Assembly (NCBI RefSeq): GCF_009914755.1
Contig: NC_060931.1
Strand: one strand, 5' to 3'
From: the human T2T-CHM13v2.0 reference genome, Homo sapiens
DNA: 64,000 nucleotides
The translations under genes were made by a program, and so were the position numbers. The notes beneath the pieces were generated by a model, which searched no databases, was not told the DNA's origin, and worked only from the letters and a program-made list of their open reading frames with translations. The stretch's first letter is position 1. Each line of letters starts with the position of its first letter. Positions 1 to 13,430 of this stretch are shown piece after piece.

Positions 1-336
1 TTCTGAGAGTGGACAATGGCATTGAGAAGGTTGGATCTGTGTTATTCCTCTGTGTAATGGAGAATGTAAATTATTACTCTTTCTTCTCTTCTAAAAGTGT
101 CTCTTATGTGTCCAAGGAGAATCTTAAAGGCCCAGCATGCAGGGCAACATTTTTGCCCTTGTGAACTCAGAGTTCAGTGTTAAACAGTTATGTTTGTTAC
201 AAGTAAATAAATGCAAGAGGGCAGTGGACACACACGCATGCAGAGAAATACAAGCACACACACAGTTTTATCCGAATAGACAGGACCATATGTTTTTAAT
301 TGAATTGCATTGCATCTAAGACACTCCTGATTATAA

Positions 337-728
<392 letters not shown>

Positions 729-887
729 TTGAAATACAGTATTTTGTTAAAATTCTCCTCCAGAACAGGGCTCAAATGACACTTTCTGTAAGTGCTGTTA
801 TTAGTCATCTGCATTCACAGGAACGTGGAAGTTATCACCATTACCACAGCAAGGCACCTACCTCAAGTCACACAGCAAGAACTGAAA

Positions 888-1056
888 TAAAGAGCACTGA
901 ATGTGGAATTAGGAAGCCTTGGTTCAGATACCAGCCCTGCCACTTCCTACTGTGCAAACTTAAGCCAGGCTTGCAAACTCCCTGGGTTTCAATTTCCTTA
1001 TCTGTTACATGGGGATAATGATATTTACCAAACAAGACTGTTGTAAGAATAAAATC
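888..1056 (+). mobile_element. MIR SINE remnant
   Basis: Degenerate MIR core (GGTTCAGATACCAGCCCTGCCACTT...TTTCCTTATCTGTTACATGGGGATAATGATA); boundaries approximate. Confidence 0.75.
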
Positions 1057-1261
1057 ACAAACCCACACAAATTTTCCTAGCCCCAAATCTGTCATACACC
1101 AAGTGATTACAAAATGTAGAATCCAAATCCAAGTACTCATGCCACACATAATTAATGTCATGCACTGTGGAGGATGCATAATGGAATCAACAATCAGCAA
1201 AGTAAGTCCTTACTGAGATCTTACCATGAGAACTTGCCCTTAGTTTCCCATTATGTAACAT

Positions 1262-1448
1262 GATGGTTCTCAAACTTGAGCATGGATCATGATCACCCAG
1301 AGGGTGATTGTTACATCACAGATTACCAGGCCCACTTCCAGAACTTCTGGCTCAATACATCTGAAGTGGGACCCAAGAATTTGCATTTCTAACGTCCCAG
1401 GTGATTCTGATGCTGCTGCTTCAGGTACCACACTTAGGAGAACCACTG
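1262..1448 (-). mobile_element. MER5A (hAT-Charlie non-autonomous DNA transposon)
   Basis: Ends GGTTCTCAAA...GAGAACCACTG; internal AATTTGCATTTCTAAC..CCCAGGTGATTCTGATGCTGCTG. Confidence 0.88.
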
Positions 1449-2144
1449 ATGTCAAGTGCAGTCTCTGCCCCAAGGAGCTCTTCGTCTAATTGAGGAAATA
1501 AGGAAAAACTCACAAGACATTCTAGCAAATAGCAAAGCCCCCTCTCTCATTATGGGTTGATGGGTGGGACCCAGATGATGGCTGCAGGAGGGGTTCAGGG
1601 GAGAGAGTGAGAATAGTGAAGGCTGGAGTGGCCATACCTCTGATAAGATTGGACAGGATCTTGGAGACTGGGCAGATTTTGTCCAGGATGCAGCAGGGTG
1701 AATCCTGACACTGTTAGGATACTGACTGGCTGGTGTCCATTGTGATTGGTCAGAGCCATGCCCATTAGGTAGCTTAGTTTGCTCCTTGATGGACAGATGT
1801 GGCAAGGGAGTCCAGGTAAAGGAACAAACACAGAGGAGGGAATGAGGGTTCTGGTTGGCAGGAAAACAAGCCAGATAGGGCAGAAGGCGGCACCAGGGAG
1901 AGGTGAAAGCAGCTGAGAGGGATGTTAGGAGGTGATGTGGTTGGGACTAGGGTCCATAAAAACAGTCTGGAGAGAGCAGTGTAGGTAGCAGGCATGCACA
2001 TTCCAGGCACAAGGGATGAACTCCTAGAGTAGGGTCCTGGCAGTAAGACCAGAGAAGTAGAGACAGACAAAAACAATATTTAAAGAGCAGAAATCAACAG
2101 AGCTTACTGCATGGTTGGAAATGGGTTAAAATGAGGAGATTTTT

Positions 2145-3110
<966 letters not shown>

Positions 3111-3374
3111 CAGAGATAAATGATTTTCAAAGGAAATAGAAACAATTTGGTTGGCTTTTAAATGATAGCATTTATTTTTGTTATTGCCTTTCATATTTTC
3201 TTTTTCTAAAATAGAAAAGCTTAAAAAATAAAACCAGGAGAATGTGGTATCAGCAGCCAAGAGAGAGTGGAGCTTTATAAATCGGCAGGTCTGTGTGCTG
3301 CTGAGCCTAAATGCACCCCTATACATCTTCTCCATGCATCTGAGAAAGCATTGGGCAATGAAGGAGTCAATGGT

Positions 3375-3760
3375 AACTTATGGCAAAAATCATCATTAAG
3401 GATAAAAGTGGCCATTACATAATGATGAAGGGAACAGACCTTCCAGCAAGATATAACAATCCTGAACTGTATGATCATAATGATGTAGTCTTGACTCATA
3501 CAAAGCAACAATTGAGAGAATTACAGAAAGAAAAACATCAAAATCCACTATCAGAGCAAAAGATTTTAACATGGTTATTGAAGAAATACATAGAACACAT
3601 GAACAAAAAATCAGCAAGTACACAGAAGATTTGGACATCCTGTGAACAAGCTAGATATGTATAAACCATGTCAACAATCAGAGAATATATTTTCAGATAT
3701 GCATAAAACATACATATCATGTGTCACATCATGTACCAGGCTGCAAGGCAAGTCTCTCAA
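3375..3760 (+). mobile_element. Ancient L1M fragment, ORF2 endonuclease region
   Basis: ORF 3380-3664 contains IIKDKSGHYIMMKG, matching L1 ORF2 IKRDKEGHYIMVKG; frameshifted afterwards. Confidence 0.8.
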
Positions 3761-5616
3761 GGAATTTACAGTCTAGTAGAGAGATAAGTGACCCGTGGTC
3801 CACTTGACTTTGTGATCTGTTTCCTGATGAAATTTCAGGAACAAGAAACTAAAATCAATGAAATTGATTCACTCACTGGTGTGGTGTCCTCGAATGGCCT
3901 CCCTGGCCAAGCACTGGCCAGCCCTGCCTCCTTTTCTGGGCCACCTCCAGCCAGGGCTGGGTAGCTATCCCAGGGCTGGGTTCTGAACAGAGGCTGCCTC
4001 TGGGGAGGGGGGGACTCCAAATGCTGGGCCCACGGAATAAAATAGCCTGAAGGAACAAAACAGCCACTGACCCGATGGGAAAGAATAAAAGCCTCCTCTC
4101 CTCGACTTGGGCAGAAGGACGGTGAAAGAACATGCAAGCACAGTTGTGGATATTGTGATTGCTGATTTAATTTTTTTTTTCTTTTTTTAATGGGGCCTGA
4201 ATTGTTTCCCTTCCCTGACCTGACCTGTACAATAAGAGTTTGCCGACCACAGGTCTAAAGAGAAAAAGTTCTCAAACTTTTAAAATCACTTTCATGTGGT
4301 GCTTCTAGTAACGTCTTGCAGGTGGAACACAGAAGGGAGGCATCTGGGCTGGGGCCTTCCCCAGCTGCAGAGCTGTTTATTTTCCTTCCCCCGATGAAGT
4401 TGACCTTGGCTTCATCACTTTCCATTCTGCACAGTTATTTAACTACTGCTCTTGTTACCATCAACATTTTCTCCTCTTAGACAAGATGCTCAAAATAAAT
4501 GAGTTTTGGTACAACGACAAGAATCTAATATCTGTGGACATTTCTTCTCCTTGGGAACTTGCTGGTGATGTGTGTCTGGCCGTGTCACTCACCAGCATTG
4601 TTGTGATCCATCAGCATGGCCCTTGCTGCCATGGCAGCAGAGCAGAATAAGGCCCTGTCAGCCTGGGGGCCCCCAAATCCCATCCAGTAACCTGTTGCAT
4701 AATCCTGATGAAAATACATTTCACCAGATTCTGCATCAACATGGGTGATGTTGGCCGGCATTTGGCTTTTCTTTGCAAACCAGACCTGAGAATGGGCCAT
4801 GGAGTTCCCCCTGATGCATCCATACCAACCAATAAGATGTGCTAATTCTCCATGACAGAGATACTGACTGGTGGGGATTGAGGAGCTAGTGGTTGGGTGC
4901 ATGGCAAGGAGTAACACACAGTAACCTAGCCCCCATCATGTGCAATCCAAGAGTGCCTTGTGTCTAAGAGGTTGTACCTCTAGGGCCTTTAGGAAAGTCT
5001 CAGGATGTCAGCACCCTCATGAATGACTCATGGTGTGCTCTGCCCAGCTGAAACATTAAAGATGATTTAGAGCTAGTGGGATGCATTTGTGGTTAGAGGG
5101 ACCTCTTTAAGAGTCCAATTGCCAGCTTTTCTGGAGCTTTAAAACCTAGGGAGCTTGGACCAAGTTCAGATCCTTTAAAAACTGTGGATTTGATTTTTTT
5201 CTCCCCTCTCCCCACCCCTTCCACTGTTCCCCTTCTGCTTCCAGGTCTCCCTGCCCTTGGGCCTTCACGGGTCATCCCCATATGTTGTCTTCATAGCTCC
5301 CCCAAGGGTAACTTAGCAATATGGTAGACACCATTCGTGGAGTACCATTAACTGAACATGGTGCCAGGAGTCTCACAGACATACAAAATTTCTACATTTT
5401 TTATGTAGAAATTCTGCATTTTTAAAGATGAGGAAATTAGGTTACTTATCCCTAAACCACAGCAGTGATGAGAGAAACGACGTTGGCATCCAGGTTGGGC
5501 TGATCACACCCTCACCCTCCATGTTGCACTGTGCATACATCATCCTCCTTCTTGGCTTTTTCCTCCTCACCTATAAATGGAACTTCCTTCTCAGCTATGA
5601 ATGAATCCACCTAAAG

Positions 5617-5794
5617 CAGTGGTTCTCAAAGTGTGGGCCCAGATCAACATCAACATCATCTAATAATAATACACATTATGAGACCCCATCCAAGAGTCCT
5701 ACTGAATCAGAAATCAGGGGTGCAGCCCAGCAATTTGCGTTTTAACAAAACCCTGCAGAAGAGCTTGACATGTACCAAAGTTTGAGAACCACTG
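5617..5794 (+). mobile_element. MER5A DNA transposon
   Basis: Perfect TIRs CAGTGGTTCTCAAA / TTTGAGAACCACTG; internal CCTACTGAATCAGAAA. Confidence 0.9.
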
Positions 5795-6251
5795 GGCCAA
5801 ATTGTTCATACTACTATGTAGCTGATATTACCAAACTATGAAGCAGTTCTCTCTGGTTTCTATGAGAAAATACCTAAGACCCTAGAAGATTATAATTGTC
5901 TGGCTCTTCTGGCCATGTTTACAATGATTTTCCTTGGAAATTTGTCTTTCAGACAAATTTCACCCTCCCCTCATCAAGTTCAGCAGCACGAACTCAGGCA
6001 AGGACATGGGCCTCTTCTGGTCGACTGAGATGATCTGCCATTCTCAGCCACTGCCTAGAGTATTTTGTCACATCCATCTAGTGATTGAGGTTATTTCATT
6101 TGTATTGACTTTCTCAGTGGTAAATTATTAAAAATACCGGAAAAAAACATCTCCAAGAAAAAGCTTAGACGGAGACAGACAAAGTGAAATGGGGAGCGGG
6201 TGGGAGGGGGAGGAACAAAGAACTGGCTTTTTCAGGCAAATTGTAGGATGG

Positions 6252-6880
6252 GTTTTTATTTTATTTTGGTAAAATATACATAACATATATAACATTTTAA
6301 CTATTTTAAGGTACAGTTCAGCGGCATTAAATACATTCACGATATTGTGTAACTATTACCACCATCCATCTCTAGAAGTTTTTAGCTTGCAGAATTGAAA
6401 CTGTACCCATTAAACAATAATTTCCCATTCCCCTTTTTCCAGCCCCTGGTAACTGCATTCTACCTTCTGTTTCTCTGAGTTTGACTACTTTAGATACCTA
6501 ATGTGGGTGGAATCAGGCAGTATTTGTCTTTCGTGACTGGTTCATTTCACTTAGCATAATGTCCTCAAGGTTCATCCATGTTGTAGTATGTGTCAGAATT
6601 TCCTTTCTTTTTATGAATGTGTAGTATTCTATTATATATGCCATATTTCATTTATCCATTCATCCATCAATGGACATTTGGGTTGTTCCCACCTTTTGAC
6701 TACCGTGAGTAGTGCTGCTATAATGTGGATGTACAAATATTTGTTCAAGTCCCTGCTTTTAATTTTTTGTGGATTTAAATATACCCAGAAGTGGAATTGC
6801 TAGATCATACGGTAATTCTCTAACTTTTTGAGGAACCATAGCTGCTGTTACACCATTTTACATTCACACCCAGCAATGCA
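6252..6880 (-). mobile_element. L1MB-type LINE 3' end
   Basis: Antisense L1 3'UTR (GGTAAAATATACATAACAT..., CACTTAGCATAATGTCCTCAAGGTTCATCCATGTTGTAG); resumes at ~7344 after the LTR. Confidence 0.88.
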
Positions 6881-6882
6881 TC

Positions 6883-7343
6883 TGTATTAGTTAGGGCTCT
6901 GATTAATATAGAGAAAGAGAGAGAGAGAGAGAGAGTGTGTGTGTGTGTGTGTCTGCATGTGTATAGAGACAATATACATATAAAGAGTATATATATATAT
7001 ACACATTATCTTTCTGTATGCATATATATGTAGATACATACATACATACATACATACATACATAAAGACAGAGAAAAAGATTTATTATAGGGAATTGGCT
7101 TACATGGTTATGGATGCTGAAAAGTCCCAAGATTTATAGTCAGCAAGCTGGAAACCCAGGAAAGGCAATGTGCCATATTTTGTAAGTTCCAGTCTAAAAG
7201 CCAGCAGGACATATAATAAAAGCCATTATAATAATAAATACAACAATAGAAGTCATTATTCAGACACACCCAGAATAATGTTTGCCCAAACATCTGGGGA
7301 CCTCATGGCCAAGGCACATTGATGCAGAAAATTAACCATCACA
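6883..7343 (-). mobile_element. MLT2 (ERVL) solo LTR, internally deleted, with (GA)n(GT)n/(TA)n/(CATA)n expansion
   Basis: Starts TGTATTAGTTAGGG, contains GGAATTGGCT...GCAAGCTGGAAACCCAGG, ends AAAATTAACCATCACA. Confidence 0.85.
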
Positions 7344-7482
7344 CTCGTAATTTTCTATTGCTTTTTTTTTTTTTAATAATAGCCATCCAATGGGTGTGAT
7401 GTTGACTAGTTTTTAAAGATGCTCCTCTCCACTTTTCAGGACCTAAAAGAAAAACATATTTGCTGGTGCCCCATTTTGTTTT

Positions 7483-7803
7483 TAAGTTCCAGTCCAAAAG
7501 CCAGGAGGATTAAGATCCAAGAAGAGCTGATATTTCAATTCAAGTCCAAAGGCAAGAAAAGATCAATGTCCCAGCTCCAGGCAGTCCAGCAGGAGAAGTT
7601 CTCTCTTATCAGCTTCTGGTTCTCTTCAGATCTTCAGTTGATGGGATGAGATCCAGCCACATTATGAAGGGCAATCTGCTTTACTCACTCTACTGATCCA
7701 AATGTTAATCACATCCAGAAACACCTCAGACACACCCAGAATCATGATTGCGTCTGGGGACCTCATGGCCCTGTCAAGTTGACATAGAAAATTAACCATT
7801 GCA
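7483..7803 (-). mobile_element. Second partial MLT2 copy produced by local tandem duplication
   Basis: GAAGGGCAATCTGCTTTACTC...AAGTTGACATAGAAAATTAACCATTGCA, followed by the same L1 and flanking sequence as copy 1. Confidence 0.8.
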
Positions 7804-8471
7804 CTTGTAATTTTCTGTTGCTTTATTTTTTTTAATAATAGCCATCTAATGAGTGTAATGTTGAATAGCTTTTTCAAGATGCTTCTCTCCACTTTTCATG
7901 ACCTAAAAGAAAAAAATATTTGCTAGTGCCGCATTTTGTTTCTTAGCATTTTAGACCTGAGGGTGCTTAAGAGATTGTCTAGCCTCATAGCATTCAAAGC
8001 GTTTTAACAGCAGAACTCCTTTTTTCCCCCCAAATTCAGTCTTAGTTGGAACTCTAAAATATAAAAGAGATAAAAGTAGAGGTGCTCTGGTTAATCCAAA
8101 GGTGGGGACACAGCCCCATCCCTAGCCTCCTTCTCTACCCCCAAACCCTGTAGAGCTCAAGACCCTTCCCCACCGCCTGGGGCTCTGCAGAACTCAGCTT
8201 CAAAACCACTGATCCAGGTGCAGGTGACAAAACTGAGGTCCATGTCTATCCCTCACCGGACTCCATGCTTTGTGAGAATGGGACAGCATTTGTCTCATTT
8301 ACTTCTACAACATCAGCAGCGAGCACAGTGTTTGTTACACATAAGTGCTTCATATATCTATGTATTAAATGTCTGGCTGAATAGATAAGACCATGGATTG
8401 TCTAAAATCTAATGCCAAAGCTAATGCAAAATCCCATATTTGCTGCCTCTCATTTAGGGATCTATCTATTC

Positions 8472-8661
8472 AAGAGGTTCTCAAACTTGGGTGTAAATCA
8501 GAATCATACGGAGGGCTTGTTAAAACAGAAATTGCTAGGCCCCATCCCTAGAGTTTCTGTTTCAGTTAAGTCTGGGGTAGGGCCACCAAATCTGCATTTC
8601 TAACAAGCTCCCAGGTGATGCTAATGATGCTGTTCCAGGAAGGATATTTTGAGAACCACTG
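8472..8661 (-). mobile_element. MER5A DNA transposon
   Basis: GGTTCTCAAACTT...CTGCATTTCTAACAAGCTCCCAGGTGATGC...TTTGAGAACCACTG. Confidence 0.9.
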
Positions 8662-10544
8662 GCCTAGAAGAAACATCTAGTGACCAGAACTACAATGACA
8701 TCTACAGCCTGCTTTATTTTTATCTCAAAATTCAATGTGGCCCCCTCAAACTATGATTAGATGCTGCAAATAATTATCATCTTTGCAATAAAGTCTCAAT
8801 GCACTTTGAGAACCACTACTCTATATCAAGCTGCCTCAAATTCTGTATTTTATTTTATCCACATAAACCCAGGAAGACTTGCAGAGTTGGTCTTAAATTT
8901 GGCAATCTTCCCCCACTCTCATTTGCAATTAGATGGATTAAGAGCAAACCAGTTGAATTCATCCATCTTTCAGTGAACACTAGTATGCATCCCTGTGCAG
9001 ATGTGAGGATATAAAGACCATAGGAACCAGTTCCTTCCCTTAAGAAACCTGATTTCTACCTTATCCAGATGCTTCTGGAATAAAGCCCCATCAGGAAAGG
9101 TGCACCCTATTTGATGTGAGCAAAGACTACAGAAGGGGAAGGGCCCAATTACCCTCTTGCATCCAGCGGGGTAGATGAGTACATGAGATGAGCGCTTTCC
9201 CAAGGTGAGTGGCCATGAAGGGGTGGTGGTCAGTACAAGCTGGAGTCCAAAGGCTAAAATCTCAGCAGCAGTGTGATAGTCACTCAGAAATTATAGATTC
9301 CATTCACTGGGGAATCACTAACCACTGACATGTGAAAATAAGGGATAAATGCCAAGGATCTATTTCAATGTAGGTTTTCATTTCAGGATCATGGAGAAGG
9401 ACATATCTGGGCTCATTCATGTGGATGCATTTGGAGTCAGGGGTGGCAATCTGCACAGGAGAACACAGATGAGAGAAGCCAGGAAGTGTGAGTGCAGGAA
9501 TGTGGGGGCAGGCATGCTGAGACAGAAAGAACCAGGGGACACTGAGAAGAGGCAGCAGCTACCTGTGTGTGGCCCTGCCTGGTTCCATCCTCCTATTTCT
9601 TCAAGAGAAAGCAGGAATCTAAATTTTTGTGTGAAATCTCCAAATTTCCTACTGAAAGCTCAATTTTTTTAACCTCTGCAGGCCAAATGGAATATTCAAG
9701 AGGCTGAACAGCACCCCAAGGTCACCAATTTATAAGCTTCATTCTCAGCGAAAGGCACAGTCAAAGCACATATTTAATAATTCCCACAAAAGAAAACCCA
9801 TGCAAATGAAGACAATGAATATGAGAAGGATCCCAGAGGTGAGGTTCATGATGGTTTGGGGAAGAAAAATATTCAGGAGAAAGAGGGGCTATTTGGCTGA
9901 GAACTGAAAAAATTATCTGCATAGCCTGTCCACATTAATCAAATTTGCCAGATAATTGCTACCCCTACTCCACAGAGCCTGTTAAGCATTCACTTTCACA
10001 GCTGTATCCTAAATTTAGCTCTGACTTCTGATAACTGAGACACTACTTTGGGTTTATTTTCTGAGCTGCTTCTGGCGAGCATCCAAGGCTCCGACACCCT
10101 CAGGGGTTGTGAAAAGAGACCACCTGAGTTCTGTCACCCCAGGACGGGCTTCCACGCCTAATGCTTCAGAGCCCCACAGAGAATGTGAGTGGCCACACTT
10201 GCCTGTGGCTAGTGGAGATGCCAAGAACTGGCTTATCCAACTACACAGATGGTTTGGAGCACTGATGGTGTATTTAGTCCATACTGTTAGTTCTAATTAA
10301 TCCTCCATAAGAAATTCTTATTTTATGGAAGAGGTGATCAGAACTCAAAAATGTTCAACAACTTGGCCAAGGCTAAACCGCCAGGAAGTGGCACTGCTGG
10401 GATTTTTCCCTGGGTCTCCTGCATTTCTTTCGTACATCTCTACAGGCTGTTGCAGTGAAATAAATCTGAATTACCTCCCTACTAAAACGCTCTCAATAAT
10501 TCTCTAGTAGGATGTATTGAAAACACAGCAAGATACAAAGTAAG

Positions 10545-10730
10545 GGGCTTATGGGCTGACAAGTTTAAATCTTGCAAACTGAAGCAAGTTACCCTATCAC
10601 TTTGTTCCTCAGTCTTCTCATTTGTGAAGTGGAGATTGTATCTATGCAGAAGATGACATAAAGAATATATTAGTAACATATAAAAGAATCTAGCCCTGTG
10701 CCTGGCACAGATAAGGCACCCAATAAATGG
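10545..10730 (+). mobile_element. MIR remnant
   Basis: CCTCAGTCTTCTCATTTGTGAAGTGG...GTGCCTGGCACAGATAAGGCACCCAATAAATG. Confidence 0.7.
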
Positions 10731-10793
10731 GATTTTCTTTTTTCCAAACTTTAGGTGGATTGGGCAATTTCCACAAAATTGTGTTGGGCAAGC

Positions 10794-10817
10794 CACACAC
10801 ACACACACACACACACA
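10794..10817. repeat. (CA)n microsatellite
   Basis: About 12 CA units seen directly. Confidence 0.95.
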
Positions 10818-11279
10818 CCCCTTATGATCCCTGGCCACTCGGCAGAGTTGCCAAAGGTGGGCAGCCTCTGCCACACCCTTCTTTCACCCCAGAAAAGGAA
10901 AGAAGCCCCAGCTTCTTGTCCCAAACCTCAGAAATCTTGTAGACATCACCTCCAGGAGTTTTATTCCACAGAATACCGTTTGATTTGGTATGAGCAGGTC
11001 CTGAGTTCATAAAATTCCGAGTTAAGCAAAGTTAACCAGATTTCTTCCTACAGAACTTCTCAGAGCTTTTAAACGTTTTGTGATGCTCCAAAGAGAGCAC
11101 AGAGTCTACAGCTTTACCCAGAGTTACTTCACCTCGGTGCATCTCTGTTGAGGTTAGACCATGCCACCCATCAGGACATCCCACCAAGTGGACCTTTTCC
11201 GGCCTCCCCTTATTTAAATGTCCATGGCTTACCCTTCTGCATGAATAGCATCCACTAACACTTAGGCCAGTGAGGTTTG

Positions 11280-11440
11280 GAGCTACATTTCACAGCCCCT
11301 GGCTCAAACTCCAGTAGAACTACCACGGGAGCCGAAAGACTTGGCAGCCGCTTCCGGAGACAAGGCGATAATAGGGAGGTAGAGCCATCTACAGGAGATG
11401 TTTGGTACTGCACAACAAGAGCTGCGAGGAGCGGGTGAGC
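11280..11440 (+). promoter_or_regulatory. Candidate weak promoter/first exon
   Basis: ZNF143-like GCTACATTTCACAG (11282), ETS CGCTTCCGG (11349), locally retained CpGs, donor-like CGG|GTGAGC at 11434/11435. Confidence 0.3.
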
Positions 11441-11992
11441 AAAGGAACTGAAAGATGATTACAGGACATTCTACACCAAAAGTTTGGAAGCTCTTTCTTA
11501 GAGCAACTGAAACTTCACAATGATTTCCCAGATATGTATTTTGTGTAGTATTTGGAACAACAGGTATTTCTCCAAAAAAAGTTAGGGCAATAGCATTTAT
11601 GTCATAAGAACTCTGTCTGTTGGACCACATTTTGTGATAAAAAACAAAATGAGAAGCACGTTAATGTGCTTAGTAACAGATGTGCACAAATGTGTTCATG
11701 TTGATGAGAAGTCTCTCACAGAGCTCTCAGGGGTGAGGGTGAAGAGCAATGTGCTGGGGCAGATCCCTCCCGGCTCCTCTTGTTGCAAGGAATGAGGAGC
11801 CTGCCTTCACCCAACATCCAACACTATTCACCAGAGGCCTGGTACATACCAGACACTATGATACATGCCAGGTATAGCATGATGAGGATGACAGACCGTC
11901 CCCTGTTCCCAGCAACCCACAAGAGTGGGAGCAGCATTTCCAAGTATGAAAAATCTCAAAGATCATCTTATGAGGAATTCTGATTAAGAGGT

Positions 11993-12416
11993 TGTCTTAG
12001 TCCATTTTCTGTTGCTTATAACTCAGTGCCTGAAACTGGGGAACTTATAAGGAAAAGAAATGTATTTCTTACAGTTATGGAAGCTGAGGATTCTCAGACT
12101 GAGGGGCCTCATCTGGCGAGTATTCTTGCTGATGGGGACTCTCTGAAGAATCCCCGGATGGTGCCAGCTGTTACATGCTGGGGGGCTGAGCATGCTGATG
12201 TGCTAACTCAGGTCTCTCTTCCTCTCATTATAAAGCCACTAGTTCTCCTCCCACGATAACCCATTAATCCATTAACCCATTAATTCATTAACCCATGAAT
12301 GGATTAATTCACTCATGACCCAATTGCCTCTTAAATGTCCCACCTCTCAATACTGCCCCACTGGGGACTGAGTTTCAACATGAGTTTTGGAAGGGAGAAA
12401 CATTCCATTCGTAACA
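11993..12416 (-). mobile_element. MST-type (MSTC/MSTB1-like) MaLR solo LTR
   Basis: Begins TGTCTTAGTCC (reverse of LTR end), ends ..AACA; exact 5-bp TSD GAGGT on both sides. Confidence 0.9.
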
Positions 12417-13224
12417 GAGGTCTTTCCAGATTTAAAGTTGAATTTTCCAACAAGAAGCAAAGGGGCCTGTTGCCTTCTGTTATGAGGGATAGTTGTACCC
12501 AAAGTAGTTATCATTTGTCTTTTCCAACAACTCAGCAGAAGGTGGGATCAGTGCCTTCTGAACACTTCCCATCTGAGAATATTTGTAGAGAAATTTAGTC
12601 TATTTCTATAAGAACATTTTCTCTAAGCCATTTGTGCATTTAAGACAAACTTCAATTATCTTGATGATTGATAGTTTATAATTAAATAAGTTAATAAAGG
12701 TTACAGTATTATCTGGAAATCCAAATATGAAGAATCTCAAAATGGTACTTATCATTTGGAGGGCTCTTAACCCATTCTATGCCTTGTTTTGTTTTCTTTC
12801 TTCTTTTACATCTATTTTGTGTTCCCACTATGACATATTTTATTTTTCTGTATAAGTTATCTTAAATCCTTTATAGAATAAATAAATAAAATATATGTTT
12901 TAATATTAAAACCTATTGTCAGAAGAGGGGCTTACTTGTATTATCTTGGATCATCTAGCTGAAGAATCTACAGAAAAACCTTGAATTCCAGCATTCTTAT
13001 GTAGCCAGATCAACGGTAACACAGATACAGCCAAATAAAAGCTGGAAAGAACATTCAAATCCCAAAACCTCAAAGCACCACTTATTCCTGTAGTTGTGGA
13101 AAAGCAACATGGCTCTTAGTGTCAAAAGCCATAAAACTCACAAGATGACTTTGGCTCTAAAACAAGACAATTACAGACGACAAGACACTTTCTGGAGAAA
13201 AACGTTCAAGTCTAAATATCTTTT

Positions 13225-13430
13225 ACCATTCATAAATGGAAGTCAGAAGAGTGGTTACCTTGGAGCTGGGGTGATAGATTGGAAAGGGGCATGAGGAAAA
13301 CTTCTGGAATGCTCAGCTGTCCCATAGCTCAATCTGAGTGGTGGTTGCACAAGTGATGACTTAGTTTACAATCCAGTACTTAAGACTGGCACAACTGACA
13401 TACTTTTACTATGTTATGTCTTGATTAAAT
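13225..13430 (+). mobile_element. L1MC/L1ME 3' end remnant
   Basis: GAAGTCAGAAGAGTGGTTACCTTGG...GATTGGAAAGGGGCATGAGG...TTCTGGAATGCT. Confidence 0.7.

Noticed and set aside
4585-4917. DYATGYWMGFGGP superficially resembling GH18 chitinase DYxxxYW..GAP
   Set aside because: The match is very short, flanking GH18 motifs are absent, and no other chitinase-like exons are visible.
12258-12300. 8-bp CCATTAA(C/T) tandem repeat
   Set aside because: Similar repeats occur in the MST LTR consensus as I recall it; not an independent feature.
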